DNA of 64,000 bases from Azolla caroliniana (GCA_043228905.1 JBHGNT010000008.1:2356001-2420000), one strand, 5' to 3'. Positions 25,221 through 37,689 are shown, counted from the stretch's first letter. Numbers and translations: made by a program. Notes: a model not told the origin generated them from the sequence alone.

Positions 25221-27018
25221 TGTCGTGATGTTTTCGACACATAGTGTGAAACCACCCTCAAAAGAGAATCAAATAGTGGTCCAAATAAACTCAGTTTCTT
25301 AAGTCAACTATAGTAATAAATGAAAGGATAAAAAGTTAGAAGAGGTTTTTGAAAGTAGACAAAAATAGAGAAAAAGATGGGAAAAGAAAAGCTAGAAGTG
25401 GATATGAGGAGCAAGGCCGGGTAAAAAGCTCATAAGGTCCTCGTCAAATGTCTAAATTAGAAAAGAAAAGTTGCATAAGAAAGCTAACCTAAAGAGCTTT
25501 CCAAGAATTTCTTGCATGTGAAAGTTGAGGCTAGAAAACAGAAATAGTGAGGAAAAGAAAAGTAGACTCATATAGACAAGTTTTTCTTAGCGGAAAAAGA
25601 CAAGCAATCCTAAACCTATAAATAATAGCCTATTCTAGTGAAGAAGGGGGGGAGGGAGAAGGAACGTGGAAGCTCTAGTCAATTGGAAAGTGGAAGAAGG
25701 ATCAACAACATCGAGAGGCATCATCAACAAAGAAACTCCTTCTATACTCCACTCTCTTCTTTCCTCCACCTCTCTTCCACCATTCCTTTATAAACAATCC
25801 TTCATATTCACATCCAACCCATTGTAACATGATTCTTATATTATAAAAGAATCTATTATATTGATATAAACTAATGTTTTATTTCATCTACTTGTCTTAT
25901 GTATAAATCTTGATTGTGCTTATTTGTTATCGTCATTTGTGCTTATTTGTTTGTGTGTCTTGTGACAAGGGAGCGCTTTGGGCTTGCCCATGCACCTCTC
26001 CTTTCACAAAGGAATTCAAACCTACGTGTCTTATATGTTATCGTCGTTTGTGCTTATTTGTTTGTGTGTCTTGTGGCAAGGGAGTGTTTCAGGCTTGCCC
26101 ATGCACCTCTCCTTTCACAAATGAATTCAAACCTACGTGTGTTATATGTTATTGTCATTTATGCTTATTTGTTTGTGTGTCTTGTGGCAAGGGAGCGTTT
26201 CGGGCTTGCCCATGCACCTCTCCTTTCACAAAAGCATTCAAACTTACGTGTCTTGTGTGTTCGTGCGACTTGTGGCAAGGGAGTGTTCGGGCTTGCCCAT
26301 GCACCGCTCCTTTCACAAAGGAGTTCGAAATCGTGTCTTGCGTGTTAGTGTAAATCTTGCTTGTGTGTTCGTGCGACTTGTGGCAAGGGAGCGTTCGGGC
26401 TTGCCCATGCACCTCTCCTTTCACAAAGGTGTTCGAAATTGTCTCCCGTGTGTAAACCTTGCTTGTCTGTTTGTGCGACTTGTGGCAATGGAGCGTTCAG
26501 GCTTGCCCATGCACCTCTCCTTTCACAAAGGTGTTCGAAATTGTGTCTCCCGTGTGTAAACCTTGCTTGTGTGTTCATGTGTCTTGTAACAAGGGAGCGT
26601 TCGGGCTATAGCCCATGCACCTCTCTTTTCACAAAGGCATTTGAAACTCTGTCTCTCATGTGTGTAAGTAAGCCTTTTCCTTGTGTGTTCGTGTGTCTTG
26701 TAACAAGGGAGCATTCGGGCTTGCCCATGCACCTCTCTTTTCACAAAGGCATTCGAAACTCTGTCTCTCGTGTGTGTAAGTAAGGCTTTTCCTTTTGTGT
26801 CTGTGTGTAAGCCTTCCTCACGTGCATTCGTTCGCCTTGTGACTAGGGGTTGATTCAGGCTTGCCCATGCACCTCTCCTTTTCACAAACACGTTCGAATA
26901 CTCATGCCTTGTTTGTGTAAGCCTTCCTTGTGTTGTGGGTGTGAGCCCTATTTCCTTCCAGTCCATAACCTCGACGGTTCCACCTCACATCCGCATATAG
27001 TGACGGATTTTCACGACA
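25221..27018 (+). mobile_element. Long solo LTR G (Phygy-type termini) inserted in Copia RT
   Basis: TGTCGTGA...TCACGACA. Flanks CCGA/CTGG are a decayed CCGG TSD, and removal restores ILRYLKGT. TATA near 25617. Confidence 0.85.
25915..26900 (+). repeat. Tandem array of ~9 units (90-140 bp) inside solo LTR G
   Basis: Recurrent core GGCAAGGGAGCGTTCGGGCTTGCCCATGCACCTCTCCTTTCACAAA. Confidence 0.9.
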
Positions 27019-28259
27019 CTGGTATCTGAAAGGCACCTCGAGTATGTGCCTCCGGTTTGGCTCCAGTAAACCCCAACATGACAGATTCACATATTCAGAT
27101 ATGTTAGCTGATGCGGATACCAGCCGGTCTACATCCGGATATGTCATGACTTATGGAGGGGGAGCTGTATCATGGAAGTCGAGGCTGCAGAAGTCCGTTG
27201 CATTGTCAAGAATGAAAGCGGAGTACATGGCAGTTGTGGAAGCCGACAAGGAGATCATCTGCATGAAGGACTTCATCAGAGAGCTAGGGATCCGACGGGA
27301 GGAATTCTGGCTCTACTGTGACAATCAAAGTGCCATCCACCTTGCGAAGAACGCGGCCTACCATTCTCGGACCAAGCACATCCAGAGGAGATATCACTGG
27401 CTCCGGGAGAAGGTAGAAGATCAAGACTTTGTGCTAACGAAGTTCCACACGAAGGAGAACGGATCAGTTATGCTGACCAAAGTGCTTTCAATCGACAAGC
27501 TGGACGCGTGCCGAAGACGGATTGGATTAACGAGAAATCCCATGCCGGAGTGAAGGGGGAGTTTGTTGGGAATTCGGTCCCTTCGGATGGGATTTGGATG
27601 AGAACCGGAGGAGCTGGATGAAGAAACCGGATCCGGAAGGGTTCCGGATGAGACCCGAAAACCGGATCGAGTGAATCCAGATGGATCCGGTGCAAACCGA
27701 ATCCAAGAACATATGTGTAAATATGTTTCATAGTGAGCCCATCGAGCCTATATTTGTAAATAGCCCTAAAGTCATATAAGTATAAATATGACTTAGGGCA
27801 ACCACTTTATGTGCGATGAGAGTTGTTGATAGAGTGTGTACACAGTGAGTGAGAGAGAAAGAGAGACATAGAACGAGTTTTCTGTTGTAATCGCTGGTTG
27901 GCGAAGACATGGAGCTCGAGGTCGTTGCCTTCGAGGTTCATATTGTATTCCTCCCCTCATAGTGATAGGTGGAGTCTGTGGGCTCCTGTGGTTTTTCCAT
28001 TTAGGGTTTTCATTTAAACATCCTGTGTCATCTAGTCCCGGGGGCTCCACTATATTTAAAGAGGGTGTATCACGTGCGTTCAAGATATCTTTTATAAACC
28101 CCTTATACATATGTTTTTTAACTATTTTAGAACCCTTTTGTAAAAAAACGGTTAATAAAAATACCCCTTATTGTCAATATATATTTTGACAACAACTATT
28201 TAAAATACCCTTACATAGAAAAACGCATGCATATCAATGTGCATTATATTATTTGAATG

Positions 28260-28870
28260 AGTTGGGCATATTTTATGCATGGTTGTATGTATGTATGTAT
28301 ATGTTATGTGTATGTATTGTGTTGTATTCCATGTCTTGTATTGTATTGTATTGCATGTGTATGTATGTATGTATTGTGTTGTATTCCATGTTTATGTATT
28401 GTATTGTATTGTATTGTATTGTATTGCATGTGTATGTATACATGTACTATATTGTATTCCATGTTTATGTATGTATGTATGTATTGTATTGTATTGCACG
28501 TGTTGTATGTATTGTATTATGCCATGTGTCTATGTTCAGTGTGTCTATGTATGTATGTATATATGTGTTCTAAATATGTGCATGTTAGATCTATGTGAAT
28601 GTGTATTCTATACATGTCACAATAAAATAGGTTGGTAGTGATGCCAAAACTCATCACTATTGGCATCACTCACATACAATCATTTTGCAACGTGTTTATT
28701 TTTTGTTTTTACTATTTTTAACAAGTATTTATTTATTTTTTTCTTCATTTTTGTATTTTTTGTTTTTCTTTTCTACATTTTTTTTGTTTAGAATGTGTTT
28801 GTTGTGTGTGTATGTATGAATGTATGTTTGCTTGTTTGTATGTATATTTTCATGTATGTAAGCGTGGAGA
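28260..28870. repeat. Degenerate TGTA/TGTAT microsatellite
   Basis: Low-complexity sequence read directly. Confidence 0.9.
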
Positions 28871-29039
28871 GTATGTGTGTCTTCATACCACCTTCATTCA
28901 AAGAATAGGATCACCTTCAATGCCATCTTCTTTGACATGCCTATGTAACATTGCATGTATCGTGGTTTCATGGAAGTGAAAAATGATATATTTAACAGAA
29001 GATATATCATAACAAGAATATACCATGTGATGTGCAAGA

Positions 29040-30090
29040 ATAATTCACAACATTCAACTTGAGAAAGAACTTCACTACATGAAGTTGCTACAATGCCAAA
29101 ACAAACACATACCGAGTTTTTCTCTAAGAAAACTTCAGCATTTAAGTCCTTAAGTTCCTACAATGCAACCACACACAATTCTTTTAACCTTTAAACATCT
29201 CTTCCATAGCCATAGCCCCTAATCTCTCTACGAAAGAAACATAGCAAGTAAGCTATGGAACCCACAAAGGTTCAGATTCAAGAACATCTAATCTGAAAGG
29301 TTTGGTCTCAACAACAATATTGATCATAGATAGGTTTGGTCTTGACAAATTAACTGTTACATAATGAAAACACATTGTGGGAATTCATGTATCCAATTCA
29401 CAACAAATAAAACCAAAATAGAGTTTCAATTATGCCTCTTGTATTAGTAACATACTTAAACATGACAAATTTACCTCAACCATGGAAACTAGCACCGCAA
29501 CCATCATGCTGACCATATGACTTGCATGAAACGTCGAAGCACCCCATTGAAGAGTATAAGGAATGCAAAGCTTAGAAATTCACAATTTCGGCAACCTTGA
29601 TGTTCCATCTAAATATCAACTTAGATACGTATAACTTGCAATATATAACTAGGAATTACTAAAAGAGAATCGGTAGAGGAACAATGATTTTATATCACCA
29701 AAAAATGTGTATCCAATATTTATCCATGAGTAACACATTTATGTAAGTGTTATTCACCATCGTGTTACATCACCCTTACATGTTCTTCCTTGCCCAAAAA
29801 TAGATAACATTGAGATATACATTCACATCACTTATATTTATTGATTTTCAAAGGGTGACTCTATCTAATTGCCCGCACTTAAAAAACGATGTTATATTGT
29901 GCAATGAACAATAGAAACAATCAATATGACTCAAATTACCAAGGTGATGAAACAACCAATGACGCTCGATCAATCCAGCAATTGGAAGCAATAACATCAA
30001 AGGCATGTATGTCTGTAGGCTCCCATTGGTGTCAGGAGGTATGCATAGGCCCAAATGATAGCCACGCCTATGAGCGTTGAGAATCATTCG
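29040..30090 (-). pseudogene. Highly decayed, probably intron-containing KDZ-like transposase
   Basis: Ordered motif remnants needing frameshifts: RRGY..AFDV, CxH..HG*IxGY, SY(D)IA, WGASTFHA..H..C, GYGYGRD, FFLKLN. Confidence 0.5.
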
Positions 30091-30559
30091 GAAAAAAAAA
30101 TCCCAATTTAAAATTCTTCAAGAACTACATTTTATGATTGTATTAAACAATGAAACTTTTGAAGTGAAAGCATAAACAAAATGCTCACAAAACACATTAA
30201 ACATGCATGTCATTACCTTCATGCGACAACAACTTTTGGATAATTATTTGGTTGATCCCATTTTCCACACTTTCCCAACTTGCAAGTATAAATAAAATTA
30301 TTTTAATATCTGACCCAAAATTGACAATTCTTTCAACAAAAATGCATATTTCTTAATGTTTGTTGCGTAAAAATACCATACCCATGGAAAAATCATTAGG
30401 AGGAGAAAAACTACACAACATGATTACAACAACGGTACATACAACCCATAATGTCGAACTTTTTAGATCAACTCACTTGCAATAGCATGGATGGATTTTC
30501 ACATAATATTCCTCTGTGTGGAGGAGCTCCAAACTATGACCTATTGTTGTAATTAGCGG

Positions 30560-31100
30560 GTGATTTAAGGTTATTAAGGTTCCACACCACATATTTGTCC
30601 CATGAACCATAAACCATGATAGGATTCGCAGTAATAGGTGACAAGTAGCATATGATACCCAACCGGTGTGTGCATGTCCATCTTGGATAGTATAGTTGCA
30701 CTCGCCGAGAGTGTTCCAAAGCTTGATGAATCGATCCCTCGACGTGGAAACGATCTGACGATTGTCTGCAGAGAAGGCAACGCTCAGAACGTCTTTAGAG
30801 TGTCTAGTGAATCAACGGTTTGTGGCACCGGAGTAGAGATCCCACAGATCAAGCTCTCCATCCCAACTCCTTGATACTGATAGAGCAAACTTCCTATTGG
30901 AAGAGATGGCAACATCTTATACGAAATGACCATGACCTGTGAGGCGTTTCTTCGTATTGCCATAGTTTTCGTCTCGGGTGAGGGACCACACAACAAGAAA
31001 CTTGTCTCGAGAAGCAGAGACAATCATGTACCCATTGATGATGGGGCAAGAAATGGAGGTGAGCCAGTCGTTGTGGCCGCTGAGTTTTCCGCCACGGTTT
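30560..31100 (-). pseudogene. RACK1: Captured 5' fragment of RACK1 (WD40 repeats 1-4)
   Basis: LSGHNDWLTSI...IVSASRDK..VW..TRDENYG..KKRLTGHGHFV*DVAISS...SWDG..LWDL...[46 protein letters not shown]. Confidence 0.93.
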
Positions 31101-31289
31101 CGATCTATCTCTGTCTCTCCCCTCTTTCTTGCCCCACATCAAAATATGTATACTCCCCTCCCTTTCATTCTCTTCATCCCCCCCCCCCCCCATTTTTTGC
31201 TAAAACACGAATGTAATCCCCCTCCCCCTTTTCTTCCCCCCTTTTTTTGAAACAATTAGCGTGACTTTGTCACGCGTTTTAAAAATAAT

Positions 31290-31293
31290 GTTG

Positions 31294-31335
<42 letters not shown>

Positions 31336-32731
31336 ATGTGCCTTACGTATGTATGTATATTTGGTGTGTGTGCATATGTATGTATTATATTGCATGTGTT
31401 GTATGTATGTATCTACTATATGGGTAATTGTGTATGTTCTATGCATGTGCTTATGCATGTATTGTGTATATGGCATGTGTGTATGTATGTATTGTATGTA
31501 CAACATGTGAGTGTGTGTGTGTGTGTGTGTGTGTGCACGCGTGTTCTATAGATGTGCTTATATATGTATTGTATGTATATCATGTGTCTATGTATGTATG
31601 TGTTAATGTTAGTGTGTGTGTGTGTGTGTGTGTTTTCTATATATGCATATGTATGTATGTATTGTATGTATCATATGTCTATGTATGTATGTATGTGTTA
31701 TGTGTGTTCTATATTTCTACATATGTATGTATGTATTATGTATTGTATATATAGCATGTATGTATGTGTTATGTGTGTGTATTTTCTATTGATGTACATA
31801 TGTATACATATTGTATTGCAGGTGTATATATGTATGTGTGTGTGTGTGTACATATTGTATTGTATTGCATGTGTTGTATGTATTGTGTATGGCATGTGTG
31901 TGTGTGTGTATGTTCTTTACATGTGCATATGTATGTATTCTATGTATGGCATGTGTGTATGTGTTATGTGTGTGTATTCATGCATACAATACAATACACA
32001 CACACATACAACACGCACCACATACATATATACACATGCACATATGTATGTGTGTAGGTATGTACATTTGTATTGTATGTATGCATGCATGCATGTACAT
32101 GTATGGATGTAAGTTGGTAACATTTATAAATGTATAATTGTAGGCATGTGTACGTATGTACACAATGTATGAATGCTATATGTATGTTCATGTACGAATG
32201 CATGTATGTGTATATATGTAATATGTATTGTATTTATGTATCTTTTCAGGGTTTTTTCGTGTTTAGTATGTGTATGGCTCATATATGGATGTATGTTTGC
32301 AATATGCACATAATATATATGCATATATCCAACGTATGTGTAAGTATACATATATCTAATGTGTGTGTGTGTGTATGTAACTTATAAGTATTGTAATTTG
32401 TATGACCCTGTATTACCTATGTATATATATGGTGATATGTGGAATATGTATGTATGTATGTATCTGTATACATATATGCATATGTCCATGTACATGATTC
32501 GATGTATTTGGATGTGTGTTTATAATATGTGCATAATATGTATGTATGTGTATGTGTATGTAGTGATATGTAATAATGCATGTACATATGTAATGTATGT
32601 ATGTATGTGTATGTAATATACATATATAATGTATGTATGTGTGTAATATGTACGTAATATGCACTCATATATATGATGTGTGTGTATGTATGTAAATATT
32701 TAAGTATTGTAGTTTGTATGGTCCCATATAA

Positions 32732-32768
<37 letters not shown>

Positions 32769-34040
32769 TGATATGTGGAATAAATGTACATATGCAAATA
32801 TATACATATATATATATGTAATGTATGTATGTGTATGTAAATTTGTATATTGTGTAATATGAATGGATTATATGATATGTAGCATGTAATTTATTTATGT
32901 GTTTGTGTGTGTGTGTGTATATATATATATAACTTGTTTGTATGTATGTAGATTTGTAATACATATAATATTGTCACTATACGTATTTATGTGTATGTGT
33001 ATGTGTGTGTATATATAATATGTAATTTATTTAGGAATGGGCTATTTGCCCCCCCATTTTGGCTATTTGCCCCCCCCCCCCCCCCCAAAAAAAAATGTGT
33101 CACTATGCTTATCCGCCACAACAATTATATTTTGAGCACGGAAATGGTCCTTGATAAAACTGATTAGAGCCCCTCTCTCAGTGAAGGTTCTATTGATAAT
33201 TGAAGTTGAAGACGAAATGGGGGATTAGCAAAACTACCAGAAATTTGTGGGGCAAAATAGCCAAAATATTGAGAAGTACCAGAAATTTGGGGGGCAAAAT
33301 AACCAAAATGTTGAGGACTACCAGAAATTTGGGGGCAAAATAGCCAAATTGTTGAGGACGACCAGAAAATTGAGGGGCAAAATAGCCAAAATGTTGAGAA
33401 CTACTAGAAATTTGGGGGGCAAAATGGAGGGGACAACTATGTGTTGAGCTACGAAGTGAGAGCTATCAGAGAGCTATCAAAATGTTTTTTTTTGGTGAGG
33501 GAGAGAGAGCTATCAAAATGTTTTTTTTGGGGTGAGGGAGGGGGAGGAGCCGAGCTATATCAGAGACTGTTTTTTTGTTTGGGGAGGGGAACGAAAAAGG
33601 GTTTGGGGGGGCCAAAATGGGGGGTTAGCCAAAATAGGGGGGCTAAAAAGTTTTTTTTTAGGAGGCCAAAAAGGTTTTTTTTCTTTTTTTTTTTGGGGGG
33701 GGGGGGGGGGGCAAATAGCCAAAATGGGGGGGCAAATAGCCCATTCCTTTATTTATGTATGTATATTTTTTGTGTTTGGTATGTATATATGTATTTGTAT
33801 ATAATTGTGTGCATAATAATATATGTGTGTAATATGTAACATACAAAATATGTATGTAGCATGTATGCATTTACATATATGTATTTGTGTATGCATTTAC
33901 ATATGGTAATATATATTTGTACATATATTCGTGTTTAGTCAGTATGCATTATAAATGTGTGTAATGCATGTATATACATATTCATGGATGTAATGTTTGA
34001 ATGTAGGTATATGTGATGTATGCATGTATATGTATGTATG
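31290..34040. repeat. Degenerate (TG)n/(TA)n/TGTA microsatellite field (interrupted by a MITE)
   Basis: Low-complexity sequence; the M/Y/V/C-rich ORFs here are artefacts. Confidence 0.9.
33034..33747. mobile_element. MITE / non-autonomous TIR element (MULE-like), 8-bp TSD TTTATTTA
   Basis: ~55-bp TIR GGAATGGGCTATTTGCCCCCCCATTTTGGCTATTTGCCCC, internal ~42-bp tandem repeats 33235-33425. Confidence 0.88.
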
Positions 34041-34356
34041 CTACTCCAAAATTGACTATTGTTTGCATAATATATTCTTTACTATCTAATTGAAATATCT
34101 AATATTTCATGGGCTTATGTAATTTTTTTCTATAGCGTAATTGATAACACGCTTATGTAAATATATTTTTTATCTATTTATTAATACCCTTATGTATATA
34201 TATTTTGTATCTCAATGGTTAATTTAAACCCCTTTTGATGAACTCACGTGCTATCATACAAGTTTTGACAGTGAAGCTCCCGAGCATCTAGTTTTAGTTT
34301 GTCTTTCTTCCATTCGTTGTTTAAGACTTGGTTGTGGCCGAGCGCTATTTTCCGCA

Positions 34357-37300
34357 CTGTTGCGCACGATTTTAGAATTGAGAATGGCAGCAATCTCAAA
34401 TTCAGGTTCGTCCAAGAACTCAACAAGTGGTGAGGGTGTTGTAAGACGGCCCGGAATTGAACTTGCAGTATAAGGTTCCAAAAGGGATACATGAAACACC
34501 AGATGCAGACGGATGTGTGGAGGGAGGCCAAGACGAAATGCAACATCACTTATCCTACCAGTGATCATATAAGGGCCAAAACGTTGGTAATCCGATTTAC
34601 TGCAAGGCTAAGTGGTCTTGATGTTGCGTTGGAGAAGCCATACATGATCCCCAACGCGGAACTTTTTGGAGGAGTGTAGGTGATGACGATCCACAAGCCT
34701 CTTGTGTGTAACTTGAGCATCATGCAAATTGTGGAGAATGGTAGCGTGAATTTCTTGGAGGTGACTAAGATGATCCTTAGTAGCAAGGTTGGTAAGAACG
34801 TCTGGATGCACATTCATCGTCCACCGACTCGGATGATAGCCCGTATTTGCGAAAAATGGAGAATATCCTGTAGAAGAACGGACTGAGTTGTTGTAAACTA
34901 ATTCAGCCAAGTGCAAAAAATCAATCCAATTATCTTGTTGGTAGTTGATGAAACAACGAAGATATTGCTCCAAAGTTTGGTTGGTACGCTTAGTTTGGCC
35001 ATTAGTCTTGGGATGATAGCCCGAAGAAAGCTTAACCGAAATGCGGAGAAGTTTGAACATGTGCTTCCAAAACTTTGAGGTGAATTGTGGACCACGATCA
35101 CTAATAATATCATCCGGAAGACCATGATATCTAAATACCTCCCGCATAATGAGATCGACCACCTCTTGACTGGTAATAGACTTCGTACATGGCAAGAAAT
35201 GTGCCATTCTGGTAAATCGATCAACCACTGTGAGAATTGCATCAAAACCTTTTGAAACTGGGAGATCGGTAATGAAATTGAAGGATTTTCAGGAATGGGA
35301 AGTGGTTGTAGTAAGCCATAGGATCAATGCCGAGGACTCTTTGATCGACAACATGTATCACAGTTGCGAACATACTCCTCAATAAAATTACGAAGGCGAG
35401 GCCACCAATAGTGTCGAGAAATTAATTCTAGAGTTTTGCACACTCCAAAATAACCAGCCATTGGTGTCATGGCAATGTTGTAAAACTTGTAGTCATGGCG
35501 GACCATCAGGAACATACAATAGGTTTTGTCGAAACAAAAAACCACCATGCCAATAGAACTGATGATAGTCCTTACGATGGTTTTTCGACTGTGAGCAAGA
35601 AGCACGATCGGGGACGATATGATCCAAAACATCCTTGGCGAATTCATCATTGGCCATATGATCTCGAATGGAATCAAGAAGAGTGGGATCTTCAAAAGTT
35701 GTTATGGCATTAACTACCATTAATCGTAGGACCCAAAAGGATTTGTTTTTGATGGTCGAATGTAGGTTCCCCTATACGAAGTTCCATATAAGAGCATCGA
35801 GAAAGATCATCTACTTTGCCTTGCTACATCCCGGGGCGATATGTGATGACAAAGTCGAAGTGAGTAAAAAATTGCGCCCACCGGGCTTGTCGCCAACTCA
35901 AGACTCGAGCATTTTGGAAATATGTCAAGTTCTTATGATCATTGTAAACAATGATCTGCTGAAAAGAACCTTCTAGAAAATGTCGCCATTGTTGAAATGA
36001 ATCCACAATGGCAAGAAGTTCTTTGTCATGGATCTCGTAGTTGATCTTTGCAGCTTCAAACTTTCGGGAATGAAAGGCAACAGGGTGTAGTTGTCCATCA
36101 TCACCAATCTACGATAGGACACTCCCTAGTTGATCTCTTTAGTGGTGTTGGAAGGTTTTACTGATACTGTGAAGTCAAACATTGCTTCCTTGCGACCTTC
36201 CTCACGCAATTGATGTAGCGAAATGGTTGCAATCCTATGAGTAGATCCTCGGGTTTGTCGATGCCGGATTTCTCTTGTTCTCCAATCTATGTCTGGGTTA
36301 TGTAATTTGAACCATGGTAACCCCAAGACAATTGGATGATCTGGACTACTAATTATATTAAATGATACTACACACACCAAGTTATCTAGGACAACCTGAA
36401 CCGGCTCTGACTCTTCTACAATTTTTTCAGAAGCAATGGTACGACCATCAATAACTACTACAGATGCTGGGCAAGAAAGTTTTCTTAGGGATATTTGATG
36501 AGCTTGGGCAAAATTCCTATCCATGAAGCAAGAGTTGGCTCCAGAATCTAAGAGTGCTAAGACATGTACTGGAGGAGTACTTTTAGTACTAACCATTACT
36601 TGAGCTAAGAACACATTGCTAACTTGCTTAGAGGAAATGGAACCATTAATAGGTTGCATAGATCTAGGGCTATCCAGCCACACGGCTCCTATTTTGGTTG
36701 GACTTAATTGTTTAACTCTTCCTCTAGTTGACTAAGGATTTCAAATTTGTTTGAAAGGCTTGGGCTATTAGGACTATCAGACACGCCTAGAGAAATAGAC
36801 TCAGGTTTCGTACTATTAGTACTAGCAGTTATTTGATTTACACGTCTTCTTGGTCGATGGGGACAGTTCACTACAATATGCCCTTGTCCATTGCAATAAA
36901 GACATAATCAATTTGCCTGGCGTCACTGCTTTTCCTCTTCTGATAATGGCCCACGACGACTTGTGGTGTCGATTTCCATTGCTCGGTGTCACTGCATTAA
37001 ATGATTCCCTTGGGAATGGCTTTGCTACAACTGAAGCGTAGGTGGGCTCTGATCTTGTCCTCGGCATTTGGAGTTGACGTTCCGAATGTCTTTCGAAGAG
37101 GCGGTTATCGCTTCTATAAATGACTTTGGTTCTTTAGGGAAAGTCACGAGTAAATCCTTGACATCGTTACGTAGGCCATAACGAAATTGCTCCATTAATG
37201 CTTGGTCATCCCAAGGGATATTGGAGGCGAGTAGACGGAAATCTACAGCGTATGCGGAGGGAGAGGGGAGAGAGGGAGAGGGAGAGAGGGAGAGAGGGAG

Positions 37301-37618
37301 AGAGAGAATGGTGATAACAAAAGGATATATTATGTGAAAAGAATATACAAGGATAGCGAGGAGGCTTAAGACTGGCGTTGAACTGATTGGGTTTGCGATA
37401 ATGCCATGTGCCCCTTTTTATAGTGGCTTTAGGAATACTTTTGACATTTCTAGAATATTCCAGAGAAATCTAGAATATACATGGATTTCCTAAGTGAAAT
37501 AATAAATAGAAATAATATTTTTTGTATTACAATGTATAGCTTAGTAAGGCTTTTGCCCATGTGCCACTAGGTCATGGGTTCAAATCCTTTTGAAGCCATA
37601 CCATGCTAAATCATGACA
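34357..37618 (-). mobile_element. Tcn1-like chromovirus H (RT deleted, chromodomain split by Copia A)
   Basis: LTR start TGTCATGA at 37618, gag remnant, LLDSGANSCF, RNase H end (DHKNL, RQARWA), VDRFTRMAHF, SDRGPQF, HLVFHVSLLEP, EFEIAAILNSK. Confidence 0.88.
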
Positions 37619-37689
37619 AGGACCAACTACAATTGTGGCTGATTGGGAGTGATTTCAACTTCTCGCAGATGATGGCAAACAACAATTCT

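Larger units (their letters stand above)
8381..27553 (+). pseudogene. pol: Second related Copia copy A2: knuckle/PR 8381-9136, INT/RT/RNase H 23873-27553 with internal deletions
   Basis: CFYCGKPRHFQKNC restarts after the first integrase. [30 protein letters not shown] and HSRTKHI follow. The frame resumes after element C. Confidence 0.85.
28037..34284 (-). mobile_element. TIR DNA transposon with 8-bp TSD CATCTAGT, probable KDZ/Zisupton-like
   Basis: TSD at 28029-28036 and 34285-34292. 17-bp imperfect TIR CCCGGGGGCTCCACTAT / CTCGGGAGCTTCACTGT (all mismatches are transitions). Second inverted motif CACGTG[C/A]GTTCA 34 bp inside each end. Confidence 0.85.
1..34356 (+). mobile_element. Composite Ty1/Copia (Tnt1/Tork-like) retrotransposon A, host of many nested insertions
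   Basis: LTR end ...CTGTCA (36), PBS, gag, PR, INT, RT, RNase H, PPT GAAGGGGGAG (27552-27561) and 3' LTR 27564-34356. Domain order INT before RT is Copia-type. Two related copies are joined at ~8380. Confidence 0.85.
27564..34356 (+). repeat. 3' LTR of Copia A2, split by the DNA transposon (27564-28036 plus 34293-34356)
   Basis: TGTTGGG start after the PPT. The end GGTTGTGGCCGAGC...TCCGCA matches the other LTRs of this family. Confidence 0.85.

Noticed and set aside
25915-26900. CRISPR-like repeat/spacer array
   Set aside because: The spacers are homologous to each other, the context is a eukaryotic LTR and there are no cas genes
31279-32964. Many Cys/Met/Tyr/Val-rich ORFs
   Set aside because: They are translations of TG/TA microsatellites
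37530-37600. Functional tRNA genes at the A/B-box cassettes
   Set aside because: Acceptor and anticodon stems do not pair, so they are reported only as tRNA-like modules
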